DNA of 64,000 nt, taken from the IMG/VR virus record IMGVR_UViG_3300023174_009220, one strand, 5' to 3'. Positions 32,304 to 41,976 of the stretch are shown here, piece after piece. Below the pieces are notes generated by a model that was given only the letters and a program-made list of their open reading frames with translations, was not told the origin of the DNA and ran no database searches. Origin of the DNA: an uncultured virus (IMG/VR IMGVR_UViG_3300023174_009220) (taxonomy: Duplodnaviria > Heunggongvirae > Uroviricota > Caudoviricetes). Every line of letters starts with the position of its first letter. The stretch's first letter is position 1. The position numbers and the translations under genes were made by a program.

Positions 32304-32678
32304 ATGAAAAAATTACTCACAATTGCCATCATTCTTTTGTCTCAATTTATGGGATTGGCTCAAAAGGAAGTCCATTTTGGTCCAACGATTGAATTCGAAA
32401 AAGAAACATTTATTGTAAAACCAATAAACTCTGATACTTTACAAGTTAGATTTATTGTCAAAAATACCGGTGGACAAAATCTTGAGATATACTCAGTAAA
32501 ACCAAGTTGTGGTTGCACAGTTGTAGATTTTAATTCCGTAATTGAGCCTGGAAAACAGGATATTATCTGGGTTAAAATTGCAAATCCCAGCCCACCATTT
32601 TCTAAATCAGTTTTGGTTAATTCAAATGATGTCAAAAGACCAGATATTATTCTTTATGTCAAAAGTGAAATTGAATAA
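32304..32678 (+). CDS. DUF1573 domain secreted protein
   Basis: Signal peptide; F.VKNTG..L.I..VKPSCGCT..IEPG. Confidence 0.85.
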   Translation: MKKLLTIAIILLSQFMGLAQKEVHFGPTIEFEKETFIVKPINSDTLQVRFIVKNTGGQNLEIYSVKPSCGCTVVDFNSVIEPGKQDIIWVKIANPSPPFSKSVLVNSNDVKRPDIILYVKSEIE

Positions 32679-32697
32679 CTCCCTAAACAAACTCTAA

Positions 32698-34494
32698 ATG
32701 TCAAACTACAAATTAATTTCTAAAATTTGGCAATTTGCCAAACCGTTTAGAAAAACACTTCTTCTTATATTTCTTTGTATTTTAGCAATTTGGTCAATTG
32801 AGGCTCTTAGCACTATTTTTTTAAGTTCAATCTTTGATATAATACAACTACACTCAAACAATATCAATTATTTACCTCAAGCCATGTTTTTTTCAGGACT
32901 AGCGGTGGTTGGAGTAGTAGTCAAAATTTTAATTTCAAGATATCAAGGTTACGTCGAGATAAAAAAATTAGATATTGTAGTTTCCAACCAATTAAATCAT
33001 AACTCCATCAGTCGTTATTTTAATTTTTCGAATGGTCAACATATCAACGAGCATTCTGGTGTTAAACAGAGTATTATTACATCTGGGTTTACTTCGATTC
33101 AAAGTCAGATACATATGTTTGTTTATGTATTTTTTCCAGCAATTGCCAATTTCTTTACCTCCATCTTTATGCTTTTTCTAGTTAGTAAACTTATTGGAAT
33201 AGCTTATATTTTTTTTAGTGTGATAATGGTTTTTGTGTTAATAAAATTCAACAAATACTTACAACCAAAAATCAGAGAAGTTAGAGATGCTCGAAATGAA
33301 ACTTCTAGAACTGTTTCTGAATTATATCGTTTTGTTTTTTTAATCAAAAATGAAGTGGCTGAAAAAAAATCACTAAGTGACTTAGATGACATTCAAAACA
33401 CACACCAACACACTTATGAAAGGGCTTGGATTCCTGGAAACAATTGGATTACAATCATCAAATTATCGATGTCTATTTTTAGATATGCTTCTATAATAGT
33501 TGGTGTTTGGTTTTTATTTTTAGGCTGGACTACAGCTGGTTCTATTTTTCTTCTTTTTACCTGGTCACAAAATTTCATTACCAGCCTTTGGATGATTACA
33601 GATATGCAAAAGCAATTCATTGGAGACAAAGTAAACATTGAAAAATACTTTGAAATGATAGATGTTGAGTCTGATATTAAAGAATCAGAAAATCCAATTA
33701 CAACAAATTTAATTGGCGACATTGAGTTTAGAAACGTCAATTTTAGATATCCAATTAGAAAAAAATCACACAGTATAAAAGAAACTTGTGATTCTGAGCT
33801 AGTAATTAAGAATTTAAGTTTTACTATTTCGTTAGGTCAGAAAGTTGCTTTCGTTGGAGAAAGTGGTTCGGGAAAATCAACCATTGCAAATTTAATCAGA
33901 AGAGCCTTTGATCCCCAAAGTGGTCAAATATTGTTTAATGGTAAAAATCTAAAAGACATTAAGTTATCGACTTTACTTAAAATGATTGGATCGGTCGATC
34001 AAGAAGTTCAACTATTTGACAGAAGTATTAGACATAATATTTCATTTGGAACAGATGAACTACTGACCGATAGTGAATTAAATAAAATTGCTAAGCTTTC
34101 AAGAATAGATTCTTTTTATAAAAAATTAGAACATGGTTGGGACACTATTGTTGGTGAACGCGGATCTAAAATTTCTGGTGGCGAAAAACAAAGAATTGGA
34201 ATAGCAAGAGCTCTGGCTAAAAATCCAGAAATATTAATTTTTGACGAAGCTACTTCGGCCCTTGATACCGTAAGTGAAAGAGTAGTTCAAAGGTCGATAG
34301 ATGTTGCTTGTAAAGGTAAAACCTCTATAATAATAGCACACCGACTTTCAACTGTAAAAAACTGTGATAAGATTTTTGTATTAAAAAACGGCAATCTAAT
34401 TGCAGAAGGCACTCACGAAGAGTTATTATTAAGTTCAGACTACTATCAAGAGTTAGTGAAACATCAATTGGGTGGTAAACAAAACACAATTTAA
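32698..34494 (+). CDS. ABC exporter, fused permease and ATPase (MsbA/ABCB-like)
   Basis: N-terminal TM helices; GESGSGKS, ISGGEKQR, IFDEATSALD, IAHRLST. Confidence 0.92.
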   Translation: MSNYKLISKIWQFAKPFRKTLLLIFLCILAIWSIEALSTIFLSSIFDIIQLHSNNINYLPQAMFFSGLAVVGVVVKILISRYQGYVEIKKLDIVVSNQLNHNSISRYFNFSNGQHINEHSGVKQSIITSGFTSIQSQIHMFVYVFFPAIANFFTSIFMLFLVSKLIGIAYIFFSVIMVFVLIKFNKYLQPKIREVRDARNETSRTVSELYRFVFLIKNEVAEKKSLSDLDDIQNTHQHTYERAWIPGNNWITIIKLSMSIFRYASIIVGVWFLFLGWTTAGSIFLLFTWSQNFITSLWMITDMQKQFIGDKVNIEKYFEMIDVESDIKESENPITTNLIGDIEFRNVNFRYPIRKKSHSIKETCDSELVIKNLSFTISLGQKVAFVGESGSGKSTIANLIRRAFDPQSGQILFNGKNLKDIKLSTLLKMIGSVDQEVQLFDRSIRHNISFGTDELLTDSELNKIAKLSRIDSFYKKLEHGWDTIVGERGSKISGGEKQRIGIARALAKNPEILIFDEATSALDTVSERVVQRSIDVACKGKTSIIIAHRLSTVKNCDKIFVLKNGNLIAEGTHEELLLSSDYYQELVKHQLGGKQNTI

Positions 34495-34535
34495 TTTTTT
34501 TATTTTAATATATAATTAAATAAAAAAAATTATTT

Positions 34536-34778
34536 ATGCCAGATAGTTATAACACAAATAGTAGAGTAAATAATTTCATGGATTTTTGTAACAACTTAGA
34601 ATCAGAAAAACAGAAATTAAAAAAACTTCAAAGAAGCTACACTAGAAACTCCGATAGGCAAAATTTTGTTAGAAATTCAAGAACTGAATATGATACAATT
34701 ACACATAAATTGCGTGATTATACAGAGCAAGAAATAGGAGATATTTTAGATACTCTAGATAATAAAGAAAACGACTAA
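34536..34778 (+). CDS. Hypothetical protein
   Basis: 80-aa ORF with TAATATATA upstream. Confidence 0.6.
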   Translation: MPDSYNTNSRVNNFMDFCNNLESEKQKLKKLQRSYTRNSDRQNFVRNSRTEYDTITHKLRDYTEQEIGDILDTLDNKEND

Positions 34779-34876
34779 CCTCAATAAACTTTTTTTCTAA
34801 ATAAACAAATAGTAATTGATTTACTATAAATCTTTGTGAATTCTGGATATTTTTTAAAAATGATAATTCTATCTCT

Positions 34877-35032
34877 ATGTTAGCTTTAACTATTTATCTA
34901 ATAATTGCCTTTTTTTCAATATCTGTGCCTTTTATTTCAATTTGGATAATAGATAATAAAAAGTGCTCAAAGTTATCTGATTTCCTAACTAAGCACGTAA
35001 TTCACAGAGAAAAGGATTTGACTAAAAAATAA
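34877..35032 (+). CDS. 51-aa membrane protein (not in the ORF track)
   Basis: MLALTIYLIIAFFSISVPFISIWIIDNKKCSK...; fills the gap before 35046. Confidence 0.5.
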   Translation: MLALTIYLIIAFFSISVPFISIWIIDNKKCSKLSDFLTKHVIHREKDLTKK

Positions 35033-35045
35033 AAAAACCGGTGAT

Positions 35046-35339
35046 ATGGAAATGATTAAATTTGAACTACCTGAGAAATTGTGGAGAGTTACAAAAACTT
35101 ACCTAACACACGAATTTGATTCTGAAACAGCTGCTATCATATTAGATAAAGAAGAACACTGGTACTTTAAAGATCAAAATTTAGCCATTGAATTATTAAA
35201 TAAGTTCAACGGTGAAATCTGGGAAGAGTTAGAAATATTTAGATATGATGAATCTAATCATACCGAGAGATTAAGGGTCATTGGTTATATTGAAGAAATT
35301 AATTCAGTAAATTTAATACCACATATTGTAGATTTATAA
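35046..35339 (+). CDS. Hypothetical protein
   Basis: 97-aa ORF. Confidence 0.6.
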   Translation: MEMIKFELPEKLWRVTKTYLTHEFDSETAAIILDKEEHWYFKDQNLAIELLNKFNGEIWEELEIFRYDESNHTERLRVIGYIEEINSVNLIPHIVDL

Positions 35340-35371
35340 AACTTTTATTATATTTGTAATCTAAATACTAA

Positions 35372-35605
35372 ATGAATATGGATATCCCTAAACTAAAAAA
35401 TCACCTCAAATTAACTGGAATTTTAGCTGTTATTGCTTTTATTATTTCAAGTTACGTCTTTGGGACTTTTAATCACAGTGAAGTTGCTGAAGATGACAGA
35501 TCACTTGCTATGATTATATTCATACTTTTTGCTATAATTATCAATCTGTTCTACTATGACTCTTATACTAAGGGTAAAAAATTCTTTGATAACTTTAATG
35601 ACTAA
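35372..35605 (+). CDS. Small two-TM membrane protein
   Basis: Two hydrophobic helices; TATATTTG promoter upstream. Confidence 0.6.
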   Translation: MNMDIPKLKNHLKLTGILAVIAFIISSYVFGTFNHSEVAEDDRSLAMIIFILFAIIINLFYYDSYTKGKKFFDNFND

Positions 35606-35810
35606 AAATAAAAAAATGGAAAACTTAGAAATTGGCAAAATGACAATCAGTCAGGTATTGCCACACTTAAAGCAAATTGCTGATTTATACAATCTAAAAT
35701 TAAACCGCATTGGTGAATTTAAATTGACTAGATTGATACTTATAAATTTATATACAACAGAATTAACTTATGAATACTTTTATGACCAAAGTCTGGAGAT
35801 TACGAACTAA
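35556..35810 (+). CDS. Hypothetical protein (true start probably a downstream ATG)
   Basis: ORF in a tightly packed plus-strand run. Confidence 0.5.
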   Translation: MTLILRVKNSLITLMTKNKKMENLEIGKMTISQVLPHLKQIADLYNLKLNRIGEFKLTRLILINLYTTELTYEYFYDQSLEITN

Positions 35811-36129
35811 TCTCACTGATGAACAAAACAAACAGTTACTAAAAAATATCTCACAGGAAGATAGTAATCTCCTTAGCAGTTTAGATATCTCTCTTTCGGT
35901 TGACTTATTAGATGAAATGGGTATGCTTCACACCGTTATGGTGGCAAATATCATTACGGTAGAAAAGTTAAAATCATATCTCAATAAACTAGATATAGAA
36001 TACGATTTTGAAGATATAACTGAACTATTTGTAGAAGGTTTAGATACTGAAAAAATTGAAGAGGTTTTATCTGAGCTAACAACAGAATTAGTTCTTCAAA
36101 AATTTGGAATAGAAACAGAGGGAATTTAG
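35770..36129 (+). CDS. Hypothetical protein
   Basis: 119-aa ORF. Confidence 0.6.
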   Translation: MNTFMTKVWRLRTNLTDEQNKQLLKNISQEDSNLLSSLDISLSVDLLDEMGMLHTVMVANIITVEKLKSYLNKLDIEYDFEDITELFVEGLDTEKIEEVLSELTTELVLQKFGIETEGI

Positions 36130-36177
36130 CACCCAGATAGCTAAAAAATATATTATTAACAATTTAAAAAATTAAAA

Positions 36178-36390
36178 ATGGCAGTTAAAAAAAATTTAGG
36201 AAAAGTTATTGGTCAAGTCAATGGATTTAGAATTCGTCAAACAAACCAGACAACAGTAAATCGTGGTAAAGAAGTTACTAAATCAACTCAAATTGGATTA
36301 TGGGCCGGAAAAAAATTAGTGGAGTCTGGATTTAAAAATTTAAACTCAGCTGTGACAAGGGCTATTGAAATTTCAAAAATTAAAAACTAA
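36178..36390 (+). CDS. Small basic hypothetical protein
   Basis: 70-aa ORF with A-rich leader. Confidence 0.65.
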   Translation: MAVKKNLGKVIGQVNGFRIRQTNQTTVNRGKEVTKSTQIGLWAGKKLVESGFKNLNSAVTRAIEISKIKN

Positions 36391-36454
36391 CCCACAAGAT
36401 TTTTAATATATACTCTATATCAAAATCCTAAAAAACAAATAATCTTAAAGAAGT

Positions 36455-36679
36455 ATGGGACCAATCACAAAAAAACTTAAAAGTTTAACAAAATCTCAAG
36501 AAATTTCACCAGAAGTTATCAAATTTATTGAATCTATAACTGATGATGTATCTAACTTAGAATCTATTTCAATCAATCAGGCATACGACTCTGGTCACTT
36601 TGACTGCGAAAGGGGCAAAAGATCTGCTAATTATTTCAATCATAAGTATTTTGATTTTTCTAAGATTATCAAAAATTAA
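36455..36679 (+). CDS. Hypothetical protein
   Basis: 74-aa ORF with TAATATATA upstream. Confidence 0.6.
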   Translation: MGPITKKLKSLTKSQEISPEVIKFIESITDDVSNLESISINQAYDSGHFDCERGKRSANYFNHKYFDFSKIIKN

Positions 36680-36688
36680 TTCTTAATT

Positions 36689-36898
36689 TTGACCAAAGAG
36701 GAACTCAATTGGAGATTGACTGTAATTATGGAACAATTAACTCATCAACAGATTATCCACGCTAGAAGAAACCGAAACTGGTATAAATTTGATAGACTTA
36801 ACGAACTACAAAAATTACAATACAGATTTGAAGAGTTTGAAATTTATTCTGATATAATTGATATTAACTATAAGCCGGTCATTAAAAGTTTGTTATGA
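36689..36898 (+). CDS. Hypothetical protein
   Basis: 69-aa ORF, TTG start. Confidence 0.45.
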   Translation: MTKEELNWRLTVIMEQLTHQQIIHARRNRNWYKFDRLNELQKLQYRFEEFEIYSDIIDINYKPVIKSLL

Positions 36899-39592
36899 AA
36901 TGAATGTGTAAGATGAGCCGCCAGAAGAAGATTGTGCCGGTGAATAATCTGGTTCAGTATATTGACCAACTATGCCACTGGTGATAAAGTCACCTCGTGT
37001 ATCATTACTTGATGTTGTACTCCAGTCGTCAATATTTATCCAACCAGAACTTGCGTCACATACTACAATAAACTCCAAAACCGTATCGTAACTGGCAGTT
37101 GATGTGGTGTAACTTAGTTGCTCCCAATTTCCAACAGCTGCTGATCCGGTAGCAACGATGGTGTTATCTAAAATGTTCATTGCTAAATTGGGTCTTATTA
37201 ATAGTGTAGGTTGAGATCCATTATAAGCACTACCGTCGCTAAGTGAAGACTTTCTGACCCATACACTGGCTGTTGAAAACTGACCACTTTTGACTGGGAT
37301 TCTTACTGTGCTGGAAGGAGTTAGAACACCTAAAGTTACAGGAGTTATTCTTGTTGAAGGAGTTGATGTTTTGTAAATAGTAGAGTCCAATGATATGGTG
37401 GAGGTGTTACTGTAGATAAAATCACTCCCAGTCGTTCCGTTAAGTTTTTGTATGACTATGCCTGGTGAATACCCTCCAGAGTTACTCAAGGCTGTATTTC
37501 TTGAAACCAGAGTCCCGGTGGTGGTAGGATTGTATAATTGTAGGTTAGCTGCTCCTCTAAAGTTTGCCAAGGTTATTACTGCTGTCGTAAATGAAGAGGT
37601 ATTGGCTAAATGGTCTTTTCCAAAGGTACAGTCTTTGAACAGCACCGTCTCTACCGGGTTTGAAGGAGAGGTAACCAAACCAGTAATGCCGTTTGGTGTG
37701 ACACTGGTAGACCCTGCCCAAAAAGTAGAATTCTTAAAGATGACGGATGTGTTACTGACGGAGTTGATTAAAACCGCTGAATTGGAATTTCCAAAGCTTC
37801 TTGCGTTGTCTAAAACAAAGCTGCTCAGTGGGTTGATGTAATCAATTGCGTTACCAGAAAATCCTAATGAAAAGCCGTTTGCATTTCTCCAGGAGGTGAT
37901 GTTATTGGCATTGATGACGACCTTTCCGGTTGCTGAGGACGGTGTTTGCGTCGATATACAAAAGCCTTGAACTCCACTTCCATAGGTCTCAAGGTTGGTA
38001 AAGACGTTAATTGATCCTGTTGGATAAGGTGCACTGTTGGTATTAAGAGTTAACTGAACCGCATTTGTACCCGATGCCGAGTTTGCCACTATCATATTGT
38101 CCATATTAGCGGTCAGGTCATTCGGAATCACTGTTCCGGATCTTACTATTAAATTTCCACTTAGGTTTTTGGTGGTGAGTGCAGAGGAATTTATATTAGC
38201 CATGCCTATAGTTTGCAACCCCCAAATAATGTTATTTGTAAACGTATAAGAAACCGGTGAGGTGAGTGATGTGTTGCCTTGTGAAAACCCGTAAGACCCT
38301 GAAGCGGGTATTGATTGATACACCACGCTGTTATCCATGGTAAATGAAGAGTTTCTTGTCACGCCAGTATTGAATAATGAAATTGCGGCGGTGCTGGCTA
38401 ATGTGGAACCCATCATGGAAAAAAGAACATTGGAAATTTCAACCGTAGTGTTGGTTCCAGAGTAGGATGAGTAGGAAGGAAGAGTGGTACTGGTTGAACG
38501 TATAATTACGTTTCGGGTAAGATTAGTGACGTGTGCTTGTACCAAAGTGGTGGAGTTTCCTCCGTGAGTAACGGATAAACCAATTGTTATTGTAGCAGAG
38601 GTCCCGTTTACATTAGATGCTAAAGTTCCCACTTCAGCCTGTGTAGCAGTAGTGGTTGTTCCGGTTATTCCAATTGTATTTCCGGAGAGCCAACCAGTTG
38701 GTGTAGCGCTAAGAGTAAGTGTAGTTGCACTTGCTGATGCATCAGCGGCAAGACGAAGATATTGAGTCTTAGACTGTCCGTAGGCATAAAAGTTGCCACC
38801 AGCAACGGTAAGCCCATACTGCCCGTTGGAAAGTATGTCAAATTCCAAAACTGCGGTAGAAGTAGAAACAATCGGTGACACCGCAGTTCCAATCGTTAGC
38901 GTTCCTCCACCAGTAACAAATAGATTACCCGCTAAACGTAAAACATAGGCAGTAGACGCTGAATTGCCGTAAGTGAGTGAGCCTTTTGTGCTGACGTAGG
39001 TTTGTCCAAATGAAGTGGTAGCAGTATTGTTCATTGTCACGGTGCGACTTGTAGATGTTCCCTGGCCCGTATACTCTCCAGTAATGATAAGGACGTCGCT
39101 GGAAGCTGGAGCCGCGGTGGTAGAGGTGACCAGGGCCCGACTCCAGTTACCACCCGTTGCATCACGATAAACAGTAACCGAAAGGGCAACAGAAGAGGTC
39201 ACTCGAACTGCGTAATTGGTAGCCGCCAATAGAGTTACTGGGGATGAAAATTTGAAATACACCCAGCCAATCCCGGCAGAATTACTCAGTCCATAAACAT
39301 CTGGTAAGTCGTTGACATCAATTGTGACTGCTGTTCCAGAGACTTGTGATCCGGCTGTTACGTTCCAGAGAGAAACCGTAAGGGTCCCGCCCAGTGAAGA
39401 ACTGCGTGTAAGTATCTGAATTGCCACGCCTTCAACAGTGATTGCACCAGGTGTGAATGAAGATGAATTTTGTCCTGAAGTACCAGAGGAAGCTGAACCG
39501 ACTCGGCTATCTAGAAATGATGTTGCGTTGACCACTTTCCAGGTGCTGGTAGTTGTGAAATTTCCAGTTGATGCTGATAAGAGTGTTGCCAT
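36893..39592 (-). CDS. Putative tail fibre/spike protein (G8-like and beta-helix regions)
   Basis: 899 aa, Ser/Thr/Gly/Asn-rich; LRLAGNLFVTGGGTLTIGT; higher GC than flanks. Confidence 0.6.
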   Translation of the reverse strand: MATLLSASTGNFTTTSTWKVVNATSFLDSRVGSASSGTSGQNSSSFTPGAITVEGVAIQILTRSSSLGGTLTVSLWNVTAGSQVSGTAVTIDVNDLPDVYGLSNSAGIGWVYFKFSSPVTLLAATNYAVRVTSSVALSVTVYRDATGGNWSRALVTSTTAAPASSDVLIITGEYTGQGTSTSRTVTMNNTATTSFGQTYVSTKGSLTYGNSASTAYVLRLAGNLFVTGGGTLTIGTAVSPIVSTSTAVLEFDILSNGQYGLTVAGGNFYAYGQSKTQYLRLAADASASATTLTLSATPTGWLSGNTIGITGTTTTATQAEVGTLASNVNGTSATITIGLSVTHGGNSTTLVQAHVTNLTRNVIIRSTSTTLPSYSSYSGTNTTVEISNVLFSMMGSTLASTAAISLFNTGVTRNSSFTMDNSVVYQSIPASGSYGFSQGNTSLTSPVSYTFTNNIIWGLQTIGMANINSSALTTKNLSGNLIVRSGTVIPNDLTANMDNMIVANSASGTNAVQLTLNTNSAPYPTGSINVFTNLETYGSGVQGFCISTQTPSSATGKVVINANNITSWRNANGFSLGFSGNAIDYINPLSSFVLDNARSFGNSNSAVLINSVSNTSVIFKNSTFWAGSTSVTPNGITGLVTSPSNPVETVLFKDCTFGKDHLANTSSFTTAVITLANFRGAANLQLYNPTTTGTLVSRNTALSNSGGYSPGIVIQKLNGTTGSDFIYSNTSTISLDSTIYKTSTPSTRITPVTLGVLTPSSTVRIPVKSGQFSTASVWVRKSSLSDGSAYNGSQPTLLIRPNLAMNILDNTIVATGSAAVGNWEQLSYTTSTASYDTVLEFIVVCDASSGWINIDDWSTTSSNDTRGDFITSGIVGQYTEPDYSPAQSSSGGSSYTFIS

Positions 39593-39813
39593 TATTCTAT
39601 TATAATTTGATTTATGTCTTTATCACTAAACCAATTGGTCCAAGACGTTCTGATAAAATTTTCTATTTCTTGATTAGAAACATTTATATTGAATGTTATT
39701 CCACCTAACGATAATTCTTCTTGAACTTCCACACCATCAACCAGGGTAAAAAAAGAAGCGTCAAAGTAAGCATTTTGACCGACAACTATTTTGTTTTTTA
39801 TTCTAACTATCAT
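39592..39813 (-). CDS. Hypothetical protein (possible fibre chaperone)
   Basis: Translationally coupled between two structural-like genes. Confidence 0.55.
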   Translation of the reverse strand: MIVRIKNKIVVGQNAYFDASFFTLVDGVEVQEELSLGGITFNINVSNQEIENFIRTSWTNWFSDKDINQIIIE

Positions 39814-40472
39814 AAGACTAAATTTCCTTCAATTACCAAATTTACTCTGGTTATTCCACTACACGAGTCTACATTAAATCTAATAATGTCACCCGACGAT
39901 ATTGAAGAAGTCCATGAAGTTAAATTTGTATTTTTGTTTTTCTGAACTGATGTCAAAGTCGGCTTTTGTGAACCAGAAATGCTATTTACTGCAGTTGGAG
40001 GAAAATTCTGATAGTTTGATTTCCAAACATCAATAACAATGCTACCAGCTTGACCACTTACAATAGTCCAACTGGTGATAGTTAAGTTGTAAGGGATAAC
40101 GATATCTCCTTTAACACCGGTAGTGATATCAGATGAACCACCATCTATAGTGATTCCAAATGTTTTTTTCGAATAACCAGGTCCAGTGGCTCCAATTGCT
40201 ATTTCTATTGAGTCTATAGCGGACTCCAGTGAGTAATCAGTAACGTCATTTTCAGATATTTCTTGAGAAATCTTTGAGGCAAGTGACTGATCAATTGAAT
40301 CATTTTCAGATATTTCTTGAGAAATCTTTGAGGCAAGTGACTGATCAATTGAATCGTTTTCAGATATTTCTTGAGATATTAAAGACTCCAATGAATCGTC
40401 AATCGATTCAATTGTTGATAAATCTGTATCAAGGTTTTGTATTTGATCTTGTCTTATTTTAGTTCCAGCCAT
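39810..40472 (-). CDS. Putative virion structural protein with an internal 18-aa repeat
   Basis: ISQEISENDSIDQSLASK x2.4; C-terminal GITIDGG..TGVKGD..SIVIDVWK domain; TATATA upstream. Confidence 0.65.
   Translation of the reverse strand: MAGTKIRQDQIQNLDTDLSTIESIDDSLESLISQEISENDSIDQSLASKISQEISENDSIDQSLASKISQEISENDVTDYSLESAIDSIEIAIGATGPGYSKKTFGITIDGGSSDITTGVKGDIVIPYNLTITSWTIVSGQAGSIVIDVWKSNYQNFPPTAVNSISGSQKPTLTSVQKNKNTNLTSWTSSISSGDIIRFNVDSCSGITRVNLVIEGNLVL
40246..40376. repeat. 54-bp tandem repeat (~2.4 copies, near-identical)
   Basis: Units start at 40246, 40300 and 40354. Confidence 0.9.
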
Positions 40473-40515
40473 TAACTTAAAAAAATTTAAGTTATATATT
40501 AAATTTTTTTTCTTT

Positions 40516-41724
40516 TTAATTATTTTTAATTGAATTTAAAATATAAGTAGCAGAAATTTTATGACCTTCGCTATTAGGATGAATTCCATCTTGTGTATTA
40601 CTCTCTAAGTCATAAACCGGTATAAAATTACAACCTGAAATTTGTAACGGGAGGAGTCTTTGAAAATCTTTTCTTTTTTCAATGTAAGGAAGCCACTGCC
40701 ATTTATTCTGCAGTAAGTTTGCCGGTCTACCCACTGGTAAGATATCAATATTTCCAAAACGACCTTCTATTTTGTATCCTAGATTGATAAAAACATCAGA
40801 CCCAGATTCCAGTGATAAATCTACTATTTTTTGTATATTTTTAAATGTGACTTCAAGTGGTATGGAGGAATTAGAACAATCATTACCTCCTCCGTGGATA
40901 ATAACTCTATCATAATGCCGTTGTTTTAGTTTATCTGGAAGATTTTGTAGCATCCAAGAGGTTGTCTTTCCACCAAGTGCTAATACATCAATTGTTATAC
41001 TATCATGTAGTGTTTTTTTAAGAATATTGGGGTATGTATAGGTCACGCTTTGACCAGAAGCGTTTTTTATAGCACATTGACTATCTCCAATAATTAAAAT
41101 TGATTTGGGATTTTTATTAATTATAGGAACCTGTGGTAGTTCAATCTGTTGACTAACTAAACTATCTAAATTGTGTCCAATTTTTTTATAAATTGGCTTC
41201 TTACCGTGTGGTTCAATCTTACCAATCGGCGGTTCAACCACAACAACGCCAAGTTTAGAAAACTCTAAATAGTAGTCTCTAACTTGTTGTTCTGTCTTAT
41301 TAGAAACTCCGCCCCAACCCCAAGACCCCTGTATTACATATAATTTTGCAAGTGGAAACTTAATTTTAATAACACTAACCAAAGTCGAAATGCTGTCTCT
41401 TTTATTAAACGCGCCGTTAGTTCCAATACAAATTGCAACATTAGAAACACAACTGTCGACTTTTGAAAGCCTAACAGCACTTACTAACCACGATAATGAC
41501 TTTCCACCCTGCCAAAGTGACTTAGTTCCAGCAGTCTCTGAAATGGTTTTAAAACTTTGGCTTCCCCAGTCTACATACGGTGTTTGCGAGTCACCAATTA
41601 CGATATTCTTAAATGGTTTAAGCCCAGGTTTATTTTCGGGTTTTTGATAAAATGTTTGTAGAGTTTTATCCGTAAATGCATTGGGTAAAATTAAGAGAGT
41701 TAAAAAAAAGATTAATTTTGACAT
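40516..41724 (-). CDS. Secreted tandem SGNH/GDSL hydrolase
   Basis: Signal peptide; two IGDSQ blocks, GTNG/GGND, DGIHP. Confidence 0.8.
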   Translation of the reverse strand: MSKLIFFLTLLILPNAFTDKTLQTFYQKPENKPGLKPFKNIVIGDSQTPYVDWGSQSFKTISETAGTKSLWQGGKSLSWLVSAVRLSKVDSCVSNVAICIGTNGAFNKRDSISTLVSVIKIKFPLAKLYVIQGSWGWGGVSNKTEQQVRDYYLEFSKLGVVVVEPPIGKIEPHGKKPIYKKIGHNLDSLVSQQIELPQVPIINKNPKSILIIGDSQCAIKNASGQSVTYTYPNILKKTLHDSITIDVLALGGKTTSWMLQNLPDKLKQRHYDRVIIHGGGNDCSNSSIPLEVTFKNIQKIVDLSLESGSDVFINLGYKIEGRFGNIDILPVGRPANLLQNKWQWLPYIEKRKDFQRLLPLQISGCNFIPVYDLESNTQDGIHPNSEGHKISATYILNSIKNN

Positions 41725-41754
41725 AAGTTTTTATTTTTACAAATATATGCCTTT

Positions 41755-41976
41755 TTATTTTGATTGCCAAAAGTAGCCAGTTCGTTCTATCACATTTTTG
41801 AAGTTTGATAGAAATTGAATACCACTAGATATGGCAATTAAAATTATTAAAATAAGAGCAAAAATCACTAAACCCCTGACTTTCTTTGCAATAATTAATT
41901 CAAACAGGTCCTGGAAAAAAAGAACTAAAATCACCACTGCGGCTGCTATAATAAACACTAAAAGACCAGCATCCAT
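41755..41976 (-). CDS. Small two-TM membrane protein
   Basis: Hydrophobic 73-aa ORF. Confidence 0.6.
   Translation of the reverse strand: MDAGLLVFIIAAAVVILVLFFQDLFELIIAKKVRGLVIFALILIILIAISSGIQFLSNFKNVIERTGYFWQSK

Noticed and set aside
28273..34494. Host chromosomal DNA rather than phage
   Set aside because: Host-like genes are isolated from their usual operons and interleaved with lysin, CTS-bearing and ORFan genes sharing phage promoter motifs
40246..40376. CRISPR or DGR-like repeat
   Set aside because: In-frame 54-bp tandem coding repeat without spacers; no reverse transcriptase or adenine-specific variation
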